Below, in pieces: positions 50,609-61,848 of a stretch of 64,000 bases of DNA (position 1 is the first letter of the stretch; every line of letters begins with the position of its first letter). The translations under genes were made by a program, and so were the position numbers. The DNA lies in assembly GCA_973895155.1 (NCBI GenBank), contig OZ316892.1:19541869-19605868 (forward strand). Reading direction: 5' to 3'. The notes under the pieces are model-generated. The model saw only the letters and a program-made list of their open reading frames with translations, searched no databases and was not told the origin of the DNA. Source of the stretch: Marsupella aquatica. Its lineage: Eukaryota > Plantae > Marchantiophyta.

Positions 50609-51467
50609 TGCTCCCTTCCCCCCACCAAAAAACCACCCAGCCGATAGTTCCAAAGCCTACGAGATTCGACGATTTCCACCTTCACAAAAGTTCTATTGCT
50701 CATACACCTCCCAAGCCTGATATACACAGCCAGAACGACTGCGGTTGCCGTTGCCGAAAGTCTCCTCAGTTTCCACCCTTCACCCTCTTTTCCAACCGCC
50801 CAAATTCCAGGTTCACTTCCGAATTCCGAGTCCGCTGCTGTCGACAACCAGCTCTGTCTGAACCTTAGCTGTAGGCAGAGAGCAAGATCGAGGAAACCAC
50901 TGTCGGGAAAGTGAGGACCGTATGTAGATCCCGTGAAGAATCGGTCCACTAAATTCCTCTAGCCTAGCTCGGTGACCAGTGGCGTGCGTCGCACTGTGTT
51001 ACAACGAGAAGGCGATCGGACCCCACGGATCGACGAGGAAGGGAGCTCGCTACTGGGAGCATTCTGGGACGGTGGCGATGCAGCAGCAGAGGAGCTTCGG
51101 TCGAGTGAAAGGCCGAATCCAGAGGCAGAGCGGACGAAAGAGAAGACCGCGGAAACCAAAGGGCACAAGAAGAAGATGGCGGAGGAGTATCTTCAGGCAA
51201 GGCAAAGCGCTCCTGGGTTTAACTTAATGTTCTTTTTATGGTAAGTGATGATACTGATCTTCACTTACATTAAAATGATCCGTAACGTACTGTATATGGT
51301 TCTGATTAAAGCGCCGTTGTCCCCAAAGCAAAACCTGGTATGTTTAGGTTACTAAAATAAACCAAAAATGGGCTCAAAACAGTAAAAAAAAAGTGCTCTT
51401 TTTGTCCTCCCCAAACCTGATGGACAGTGGTGGTTTAAAGACGCGACCTGTCCTTCAAGGGATACAA

Positions 51468-51656
51468 AGGCGGACGGTATATGGTCGACCCCCTGTGCGG
51501 GGAAACCGCATGCGGGAGATTTTACATCCCCCTAAGGACAGGATCCCATACTAGGCAAAATGGGTGGAACGTATATAGTTGACTCCCTATGCGGGGAGAC
51601 GGCATGCAGCAGACACTATATCCCCCTAAGGGACAGGATCCCATACTTAGCAAAAT
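51468..51656. repeat. Tandem duplication, about 94 bp x2
   Basis: gtatat.g...ga.ccct.tgcgggga.ac.gcatgc...atccccctaagg.acaggatcccatact.gcaaaatg occurs twice. Confidence 0.8.
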
Positions 51657-51667
51657 GTTATGTGTTA

Positions 51668-51950
51668 AGGGCAGTCTTGTGTGTGCAGGGTCCTTAAAAA
51701 ATCGGCCCTTTCATTCACTCCTGTCATCTTATCATTGAGCAAGTGCTTCATGCCTGACCCATTGCCCTACGCAGGCCTCACCGCAACATTTGAGTAAAGT
51801 TAAGGGCAAAGGCTGCAACATTTCCAGCCCTTCCCTTCAAGACCTTCAAATTTCATAACAAACAAAGTACTCTATGTTCCAAGTACAAATCACACACATT
51901 GTTTATAGAGATCTGTGGATAAACAAAATCGGCATGTTCAGGAATATAGA
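51668..51950 (+). repeat. Direct repeat of about 290 bp, left copy (partner at 60467-60803)
   Basis: Shared blocks include gggtccttaaaaaa..gccctttcattcactc and caacatttccagcccttcccttcaagaccttcaaatttcataacaaacaaag. Confidence 0.85.
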
Positions 51951-52666
51951 GTGCCGGAAATCCAAGGACCATCAAATGCAAGACAGCCCAAGACCAAAAT
52001 GTGACCTATTTCAAACACAATTTAATGTGTCAGAGGTTTTAAGCCGTGTGGCATGCGCACAGTGCTGCTATACATTAGCTGAGGAGTGAGGACCCAAGCA
52101 TGCACATGTGCTGGAGTACATTAGCTGAAGAGTGAGGACCCAAACATCCCAAAGCTCTGACAAGGGAGAGTAGCACCGGGTTTAAAGGAGGCATTGAATG
52201 GAGACAGTATAAAACTATGGTGATTTATAAAAAATAAATTAACTTTGATGATTTCTTAATGAGAAATAATCGGGCCAAAAAAGCTATATGATGTAGCCTT
52301 TGAATGGCAGAAAAGGTGTAAATGCAACCACTGGACCTTAATGTGCTCCTCGGTTAGCTTAGAGTGATTTTATTATAGCAAATGCCAGTAGAGTTGACTT
52401 TTTAGAGTTGGCGATGATTGCAAATGAGCAGTTGCAGGTCTATTTCTGGGGAAAAAAAACAAAAGACTATTTCTTGGGTCTCACTCATAAACGTTGCCTG
52501 CCTACCCCTTTCCATTTAGGTGGTAACAGAGAGACCTCAAATTTTAAAAGTAAGTATTTTGTTTGCAAAGGACTTACTGTGAACCCCACTTTTTGCAAAA
52601 GTTAGTACATGAAGCTAGAACTCAGAACCTCACTTGCTATGATGAAAACAGCTATCATTTGCTAAG

Positions 52667-52691
52667 CCCTAAATCCCTAAACCCTAAACCC
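52667..52691. repeat. Short interstitial Arabidopsis-type telomeric repeat (CCCTAAA) x3
   Basis: ccctaaatccctaaaccctaaaccc seen directly. Confidence 0.75.
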
Positions 52692-53439
52692 ACCTTCCAA
52701 ACCTAATAGTAATGTTGAAATCCTCTGCACTTATGTGGATCCAAACAATCTAGGCAGCATTTAGAAATGTGAAGGCATGCACTCATGTCTTTACCTTTGA
52801 TGATTGTGCAATGGGCAGGCAGCATGCTAGGACAGACAACATGGAATGGTGGGACCCAATGAGTAACAACAACCAGTCAGAATGCTTGATGTCCAAAATT
52901 TTCAATTTGATATACTTGCCTCTTAGACCTTGGGAGGAAAATGATGGTTGGACATGGACCAAGCCGATGAATCATGCAATCATGCAACCTCCATGGTCCG
53001 GGACACCTTTTACGCTTTCACTCATTGTCACCTGTCTTGTGTCCAAAATGTTTGCAACAACAACAAAAATTGACTTCAATATATCCCTTGACACCCAACT
53101 GGATCTGCTGTTCTTTTTTTTTTGCCTCGAAAAAACAAGATGAATTCCATTCAAAATGCCAAGATATAGAAAGGGGGGCCCACATGGGGCACCAACCCAG
53201 AGGACCAAATAAGGTCGAAGTGCTAACATGCAACCGGGGAGGCCGGTACCAAGTAAGGAGCTGTTCCCCGAATGGGAAACTAAACAAGCAATTTAGAAAA
53301 CTACAGGTGAGAGTAGCACACTCTTAAAGACCGGCCAGTGGTCGGGTTCCGGCGAGGTTCCCAACAGTGGATCCGCGGTAAGGTAAGAACCTTATCAATC
53401 TGCCTGCAGTGCAACTCCAGAACCTGATCAGAGAATAGG

Positions 53440-56400
53440 TCATGGTGGACGTGGGGGAACAGGTGGAATCTGGAGGATCTTTTCGTGTATTTCACAGAGG
53501 CCGGCCCAAGTACCAAAGTCATGAGACATCTCTCGTTGAGCATCCCCAAAGGTGAGTTTCCCAATCCTGATTTTGTGATGGTGCCAGGCCCAGTCCCGTC
53601 GAAGGTAGATCCCAAGTCTATGCCACGATTTTTGAATGACCCCCTGTGGATTAGGAATTGAGTGTTCCATGAAGTGCATATTACGATCTTTCCAGATATG
53701 CCAACATACGGTTGCTCTGAGGACAAGCCACAGTGGAGGTATGTCCCACTCCTCAGGTAACATAGCGCCCACAAAAACATGTACAGGCTGCACCTGGACA
53801 GAGTTACCTCTGGAGAAAGAACACAACAACAAGAGATGATTCACCCATGACCTCCAGATAATTTGCGAGCTGGGGCAGCCCCAGATGCAGTGTTCAATAT
53901 CTTCCTGTTGATTCTGATCACATCTGGTACATCGGGTGGTGGCATCCGAAGGTGGTAGCTTTGGGAAACGCCAATGCTGGGTAGCTGGTATTCTATAGAT
54001 CAGTTGCCACAAGAAGCAGTTCTCAGCAGCAACACAAAAAGGGCGCCAGAGGTCCCGCCATAGCACAGGGGGATTGGGTCTCCACTGCAGCCTGATAGCC
54101 CACTTGTGGAGTGCTTTGTGTAAGTTCCCGTGGGATGTTCCCTGGATTTCCCTCATGTGGGCAGTGGTGGTATCCATGAATGGGCGACCATCTTTCCATT
54201 CATAAAGCAGCAGCGGTGCCAACAAGCCCTGTGGTCTCCCAATGCGGAGCAAGATTTTCGTTGCAGCGGCACCAAGGCATGCGTCCTCACAATTACCCTG
54301 TTCAGAATGGTTCCCACCGGAGGGGGACTGTTGTCAGCTTTGTAAAGTACCTCATTGATGACTCTGAAGGTTCGCATAGGGGATGAGGTGCAATGAAAAT
54401 GTTGCCACTAGGAGGTGATAAACTTTCTTTGAATGGAGTATTCCCAGATATGCAAGGCACCATTGGAGAGAGAAGCTTCCATGAAGACCAATGTACGTTG
54501 GTCCGGATCCTAGTGCATCTCAGGGGTGCTCCTGAGATTGGCAATCAGGTTCCGATAGGCAGCAGCACAGTTTCCCGGCAGCACATCACACGGACCATCC
54601 TCCCACCTAGTAAAATGACCATCCATCTGCAAGACATCACCCATGGATAAAAAGCCAGCTCTCTTGATTTTCCTTTGTGGATTGGTATGACATTTAGCCA
54701 GGTTGCTACTGATGTGATTGAGATGCAGGTTCCACAGTGGCAGGGCCCTCCATCCTTCCTTGTGGCTAGGGGGAGCCGGTCTCAGGTGACTTTTGATCAC
54801 GTTCCATCCAGTGCACACATTTGACCAGACCCTTGACGTACTCAGTGGTAGAGTGTGGCATTGAGAAAAAACCCAGCTGAAATCGTCGCCCCCCCATTTC
54901 CGCTGTGAGAGCAATTTGATCTCATGTTGGACTATTCGTCGTAGGGGGTGGTCCCCCTCAGCAAGTGCCCACACAATGAAGTTTCCAGCCAGTGCCCTGA
55001 ATTGTGATGCCAGCAAGATCAACCCCAGGCCCCCAAATTTTTTGGGACGGGTGATAGTGGCAAAGTCTACCCTGGATCTGGCCCGCTCATTCTGCCCTGC
55101 CCATACAAAAGCAGTAATTTTCTTTTGAAGGGCGTCCAAAGTGCTCAGTTGTCCAGCCCACACAGTCAACATGAACCACAATGTGCTCATCACCAAGTGA
55201 TTAGTGACTTTAACCCGTGCTATAAGAGATCCAGAGCTTTTACGGACCCTATCCAATCTAGACTCAAGCTTTTCAGATAGAAATAGGACCATTTTGTGAT
55301 TCAGAAATGCCTTGAGCAAGTGGAATCCCTAGGAGTTTAGTGGCATTGGCGTCAATCTCGCATTTCCATGGGAGCCGTCTGAATTCAATAGGAGTTCTAC
55401 GTGGGGAGATAAACACAACCTTGGTTTTCTCCCAACTACAAAACAGCCCAGAGGCCATCCCGAAAAGATCCAGCAATTGTTTACAATTTTCAACTATTTC
55501 CATCATTGCCCGAATAAGCATAGAGAGATCATCAGCGTAAAGGTTGTGGACATTGTGGACAGCCACTGACTGAATGTTCACTCCCTGAATACGACCCCGA
55601 CTGACTTGCCATTGAATTAGTCGACTGAGGGCATCAATTGCTATAAAAAAAGCAGAGGGGATAGGGGGCATCCTTGCCTGACGGATCGAGCTAGGTCAAA
55701 TGGAGCAGCCATTCATCCATTGAGAAGGACTGTCGAGGAGGCAGAGGCAGAGGCGTGCATGGCCCTAATGAATTGCAAGAGCAGCCCGTCGAACCCCACC
55801 TTCTCCATGAGAGTCAACAGAAAATGCCACTCCAATTTGTCGAAGGCCTTGGTAACGTCCAATTTGAGTAGAATGTAGTCCAACTTGGAAGCCTCCGCAT
55901 GGTGGATCATCTCATTGAGTAACATCAGTGAGTGGTGGATGTTGCGACCAGGTAGAAAAGCAAATTGCTGAGGTGTGATAAACCGTTGGAGAATCGGGAA
56001 GAGGCGCAACTGGAAGGCCTTGGCGCCGATTTTGTGGACCATGTTCAGCAAGATAATTGGTCTCTTGTTGTTCAAGTACCGTTGGTCATCTTTTTTCTGA
56101 AGAAGGACAATGAAGCCCCGAGTGATTTCGGGGGAGAAGATGCCTTTAGCCATTCCATGCTGGAGTGCACGGTGTAAGGAGGGCCCAACTGTCGTCCATT
56201 GTGACACGAAGAATTCCACAGGAACACCGTCTGGTCCAGGGCATTTGTTGCCGGCAAGTGCAGCAACAGCTTTACCAAGTTCATCCATAGTGAGAGGTGT
56301 GTTCAGCAGCTTCCGGTCTTCCAACGTAATGTGGGTAGTTTGTAACTCAAGAACTTGAGCAAGTTGTTCCCAGTGAGGGCCAGTAGTCGAACCAAGGATG

Positions 56401-57989
56401 TACTTAAAGAATTCGGTGGCCGTAATAGCCATTGAGTCCCAATCACGAACAATTTCATCTTCTTTATTGAACAATTGGGTGATCTCATTGTTCATGGCTA
56501 GACCTCGGAAGGTGTGAAAAAAGAGCCTAGAACATTTGTCCCCCTCGCCAATCCACCGTGATTGTAAGATGTAGTCCATCCATTGTGCTTTTTCATTTTC
56601 AAATTTGTGTAACAGAGTTTCAGCGTCTTTCACCTCATCCTGCCTATTTTCGTGGGAAGGTTCCATTTCTAGAAACAGTTGCGCTTGAGAGAGCTTGTCT
56701 CGGAGAGTTGTCTCCCTCCTCCGCCCTTCGCTTTCCCCAGCATCGATCAAATTTTCTAGCCTTGCGGAGACACCAAATGAGAGCCCTTTCAGCTGAGAAC
56801 CCTTCGCAGCACAGAGGGTTCCTTCTTTCTCCCACAACAGCTTGATGCGCACTTGATATTCATACTGGCTTTGGTGGCTAACGTTCATGCGATGTTGTGT
56901 GAATCATTTGGTGGCCTCAATTGGGGTGATCCTGGCAATAACAGGGACGTGGTCGGACAGGGGAAAACCAGGCAGGATGGTAGATGAAATGTCAAAATTC
57001 TCCTTGAAGGCTCCTCTGGAGGCGTAGATTCTATCGAGCCTGCGTAGAGTTTGGCCATCCAAGTTGGTGGCCTCTTGAGTGGTAGGGGTATGCTGGAAGC
57101 ATTTCCTATTGTCCCAGCTGAATTTCAGGTGCCCTGGTTGTGCTTGAAAAGAATCCACCAAATGGAGTCTCCTCTTGAGGTGCCGCCATGCACGCTTCTC
57201 ACTCCCGGAGAAAATGGTACCACGCCCTCCTCTGCAATTAGATGAACGCTCGATCATATTATAGTCGCCCATTAGAATCCACGTGAAAGAGGTGTCCAAT
57301 CGATTGAAGAGTGTACGCCAAAGGTTGGTCCTCTCAGAAGCTGAATTGGGCGCGCAAATGCCTAAGAACCTGACTTTCCCCAATTTCTCATGTATCATAC
57401 AACACCAGGCTGTTCGACCTCCATCGATGACCCCCTCCGAGACCACATATTGATATAAACATTGCTTGATGGCTAGAGCCATACCGCCGATGCCAGCATT
57501 GACACAATTGCTTTGCAAGGAGTGGACCCCGTCCACTGCCGGAGCACAAACCCAATGCGCAGTCCGCCAAACTTCCTGGAGTTTTTGAATTTTTCCAGCC
57601 CGAAGTTTGTGCTCCTGTATGCACGGGATATCAGGGGTATGGTGGAGCCCCTCCAAGATGAAGCGGGCCCTCAAACGTCGTCTTCGGGATGCAAGTCCCC
57701 TCACATTGTACGTCAGGATGTTGCGTTGTGCATGTTGAGTCAAGGGGATTTTATGGCAGTAAATGGTGCTGGGAGCAGACGGATCCAGTAGCCGGGGACG
57801 CTTTGTCCGCGGAGTGAAATCTCCAAGAACAGATGGTAGGGAGTCAGATTCTGTTTCTGAAGATTCCTTAGAAAGCTTTCGCTTGCGAATGGTGACGTTC
57901 CCTTGATCACTTGGAGGTTGAGGCAAAAGCGTCCTTGCTGGTAGGATTGGTGTATTAGACGGAGTCACCTCAACCACAACTGGTTGCAT
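53440..57989 (-). pseudogene. LINE ORF2: APE endonuclease, reverse transcriptase and C-terminal zinc finger, broken by stops and frameshifts
   Basis: EN motifs NILTYNVRGL, IQEHK, LMGDYN, RRLDRIY and SDHVPV. RT motifs KCPGPDGVP, RPIILLN, KLDVTKAFD, RQGCPLSP and YADD. The zf-RVT region reads CTRC...EDIEHCIWGC. In-frame stops at 56904, 55713, 54510 and 54408, with frameshifts near 55645, 55290 and 54250. Confidence 0.93.
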
Positions 57990-58040
57990 TAGCGCCAGAT
58001 GAGAGTTGGGTGAATCGTTTGCCTTTTGGGGTTTGACAAT

Positions 58041-59364
58041 CTACACCTTCCTGGGTGGCCTTCTGGAATTCGATGGAAGTTGTTTTGAAGATGTGGTCCC
58101 TATCGGGGCAGTAGGAAAAGCTACCATCTGGTCATGATTTGTTTCCCCATTGTCAACAATTCCTGTAGAGTGGGTTGCTTGATGACTTCGTGATTGACTG
58201 CCACTAGCGCCATATAGCTTATGCGCAGCCCTTCGTTGACGCTTCCTGGAAGAGGTGGACAAAACTTGTTTGTGGGGATAGTGCGTTGCAGACGAGGCTG
58301 GTTTGCAGCCACCTTGCTTGATCTTCTCAGCTTCAAGAGTTTTAGCACGGTGCGCAAGGTGTTGCAGTTCCAAATTCTCCCACTGCTGTTGCTCTTCAGC
58401 TCCATCTCTCCAGTAATCTGCTTCCTCCCTTGCCTTGCGCTCCTTCTCCTGGTAGTTGTGGAAGACCACCTGGTCCAATCTCACTTTTTGTTGGTTCGTA
58501 TTGTCTGGTGCAATTGGGTGTCGAGTTGCGTCCCCCGGGGCGTTGAATTGGAAATGTTGGCCCTTAAAGTAAGCAGGTTGAGGCTGTGTGCACTTGGATG
58601 CAAAGTGCCGGTAGGAAAAGCAGAAAACAACAACGAAGATTCCTGCCAATGTAGTCGAAGATGACAGTAGTAATGCCGAGACTGCTGAGCTGAATTTTTC
58701 CCTGTGCTGGGAAAACCTTCAGAGAGGTCTCAACCACTGCTGAGATGTGGTGCTGTTCAATGCCAGGCGCCTGCTTTGCCCGGATGAACCGCCCGATTGG
58801 GGCCACCACAAATTTTATGTATTCATAAATCTCAGGGTTGCCATTTTTTATGTAGATCGTGACCAGGTGTTTGAAATCTGGTGAATTGCAGGGTTGGAAA
58901 TTTGGCGTGTAGTCGTTCACAGCGGCAAACCGATCAAGAGCTTTCAAAGGGGAAGCGTGGAGGAGACTTTTCTTGATGTGGTCACCTGCATTAGCGTCAA
59001 ATTGGACAACAAACAAGGCATGTGCAAGTTTGTCGTGCAGTGCCAACTTGTTTTTGTTTTCTTGGTTGAAGGCCGAAATCCACTCCCGGGCCAGCCTGGA
59101 GTCAAATTCAGATTCAAAGCCGAGCACCACCTTGTTACCGAACACCTTCTTAGTACCGAGTTGTAAAATGTCAGGCGGAATGTAGACAACTTCCAATGTC
59201 GGGACAATAGGTATGGCTGCAGTAGGAATCCGCCTTTCTATGCATGGTTGCGTGTTAGGATCGAGTGTCCCCACTACATTTTTTCCCGGTGCCGCAGGAT
59301 TGTTTGATGTATTCCATGGTGTCCTGCGAGATTGACTGCTTGCCATAGAGTTCGAGTGTGACAT
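58041..59364 (-). pseudogene. LINE ORF1 (gag-like) with a zinc knuckle split by a frameshift
   Basis: ORFs 58564-59427 and 58041-58649 join at about 58625 to give RC-x-x-CFSYRHFASKC (CX2CX4HX4C). Probable ATG at 59364. Confidence 0.85.
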
Positions 59365-60466
59365 TGTGGGAGTGGAAGGGAATGGCAGGTGCAACAGAGA
59401 AAAAACAAACCGAGGCCTCCAATCCACAACAGGTTGTGTAGATCCAATCCAGGTCTTTGACAGGACTGCTTGTTTTCGCAGAAGGCACCGATAGCAGCCG
59501 CGTCCTTACGTCCTCCAGATGCGTGGATGCTTGTGGTACTGGCAGCAAAAGTCGTCCAGCTCAAAAAACCGCAACAAACGTGTAGGGAGTGGCAAAAAGC
59601 TTAGCAAAAACGCTATGTTTGCGATGTGCACTGGGGACGTAGCGGTGAGCTGCGTGCCAATACCATAAGTAATTTCTTGACTAGCCATGGAGGGAAGACA
59701 CACAAGGGGTGAATGAAATCAGACGGTTATTCTAGCTGTTAATATGAGACAAGGCATCCGGGTGGCTGAGAATTGCTGTGGGTTTGAAAGTTTGACTCAA
59801 ACGGCAGGGCGGGAGAGCCGGAGGTGTTTGACTTAAGCGTATGTTACCCCCTTGTAATCCAGAAACTCAGAGAGTTGCCGGCCCCACTCGGATGAGAAAA
59901 AACCTAAGTGTCCAGCAGCCGATGTCTCTCATTCTCCCTGGATCTGCTGTTCTTGTCCTTGTTAGAAGTGACTTGGAAAGATCTTACCAACTGGTCAAAT
60001 ATCTCTAGTTTCCATTTTCCTTGTTTTCTGTGCTCTTAGTTATTCTTTCCTTAGTGTCGTGGACTCGAGAATTTATATTTGTCCCATCCTGGTTTTCTGT
60101 ACACTATTAGTTACTTTCCTTAGTGTCACTGTCTACAGACTTCACTCTAGACATTAGCCTTGAACAATAGATTTCAGTCATGCTTTGTTAGTAAGATTTG
60201 ACTGTATTAGTATCATTGGAAAAATCTTTCCAAAGATGTTTTTATTTATGGTAACAACAACATCAGATTCCATTGGATATCTAGTTAGCTGGTGAAAGAC
60301 TCTGTGAAGCACAAATTATGTACATGTAGAGTCAAGTAATCTTTAAAAAATTATAACTCTCTCAGTTATAACAGGCAATGATAAGGAATTACTTTTTTGC
60401 ACCAATATGTTTTTTTCTCGTCACTATTTATGTTCAGGGCTATTTAGTTAAAAGTTGAAAAGACTT

Positions 60467-60803
60467 GGGGCCGTCTTGCATGTGCTGGGTCCTTAAAAAA
60501 CAGCCCTTTCATTCACTCATGTCACTTTATCATTGAGAGAGTGTTTCATGCCTGACCCATCTCCCTAGGCAGGCCTGACGGCAGCTAATGAGAAAACAAA
60601 GGGCAAGGGCTGCAACATTCAACAAAGGGAGCTAATGAGAAAACAAAGGGCAGCAACATTTCCAGCCCTTCCCTTCAAGACCTTCAAATTTCATAACAAA
60701 CAAAGAAGAACTTTATTTTAGAAGAGCAAATCACATAGATCATTTATAGAGATCTTGTGGACAAACCATATCTATTTTTTCCCTGCATGTTAGGGAATGT
60801 AGA
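60467..60803 (+). repeat. Direct repeat, right copy (partner at 51668-51950), with a small internal duplication
   Basis: Same blocks as the left copy. agctaatgagaaaacaaagggca is duplicated internally. Confidence 0.85.
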
Positions 60804-61332
60804 GGGCTTGGCACATCTCATTCATCCTACACAACATGTACTATATGAGCAGACAAGACAGTTTCTTCACTCCTTGGCGGTCCATCCTGGCTGCAAAAGT
60901 CCATCCGAGCTTTAATTTAGACGCTTTGTCCATAAATGAGATATACTTTAGTAAGTTACAGGCAGTAAAGTGACGGTCGCTTATGATTGGACGAGTACTT
61001 ACATCGCTGTTCTGTAGTAGTGTAGTGGTAAAAACTGTCGCCGAAAATTAACTACCGAAAGAGTCCAATTCAAAACTTGGCGCGAAATGTCTGCACATGA
61101 ACGTATCAAAAAATAATGATGTCCTTGCAAACCCAAAACTTGTGGCGCGTCGGTTTCGCTCTTCGTTCTTTCCAAAGAACAGAAGAGAAGAGCAGAATCA
61201 GGGCGTGATTTGGCACGGATCGACGGAAGCACAGATGCATGAATTGAAGGCGAACGGTTTCTGAGGGAACGTTGTGTAGATTCGCACCACCCGTCTGCTT
61301 CAGCGCTCCGTAGAGCTCTAGAGGTCCAGAGC

Positions 61333-61480
61333 CGGAGTAGAATTTCAGTGATGCTCGAGTGATGATGCGGAGTAGAATTTCATACAATGTTGCTCGAGTG
61401 GCTTAGAGAAGAAGTTCAGTAGTGATGCTCGAGCGATTCGAAGAAGAACTGCAGTAGAGATGCTCGAGTGATCCAGAGAA
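61333..61480. repeat. Short degenerate tandem repeat (about 35-40 bp x4) upstream of the last gene
   Basis: Recurring ..gaa.ttcag...gatgctcgagtga. Confidence 0.7.
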
Positions 61481-61848
61481 GACTTTCTCTCGGACGCTTT
61501 GTCGTGGGAGAGTTTGAAAATACAGCCCGAAATCCTCTGTTCGTGAGTTCGGGACAGGCGTTCCATAATAAATGGTGTTGCGGTTACCGTCTGGAGTCCG
61601 GAGCTCACTTGAGTGAGGGGTTCAAGCAGTTTCAGTGTTTCTTTGCATATATCGGTGGTACATCGAAAGAATATATGCAGATTTTGGGGTAATCAACCTT
61701 CTTGTCGTGCGGCGGTACCTTCTTTGGTGAAGACATCCATTTACCATGATGCGATCGTGACTTGTGGTTGTGTGTCGGTGATGGTTACGATTTCCCACCG
61801 CCGAGAAATGGATGAGCTCACTTCGTGAGCCAAGGTAGGTGGGTCAGC

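Larger units (their letters stand above)
53116..59937 (-). mobile_element. Full-length L1-clade LINE retrotransposon, about 6.8 kb, inactivated
   Basis: A poly(A) tail appears as T-run at 53116-53123. A perfect TSD ctggatctgctgttctt lies at 53099-53115 and 59938-59954. Domains in order: ORF1 with a CCHC knuckle, APE endonuclease, RT and zf-RVT. Confidence 0.96.

Noticed and set aside
50609-50653. PH1 start at 50653
   Set aside because: That ORF-track start is a non-ATG codon. ATG 50608 gives the length expected for PH1.
52667-52691. Chromosome end or fusion site
   Set aside because: There are only about 3 telomeric units, and such short interstitial tracts are common in plant genomes.
53440-57989. 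Retron, group II intron or DGR reverse transcriptase
   Set aside because: The APE endonuclease, zf-RVT, poly(A) tail and TSD identify an ordinary non-LTR LINE.
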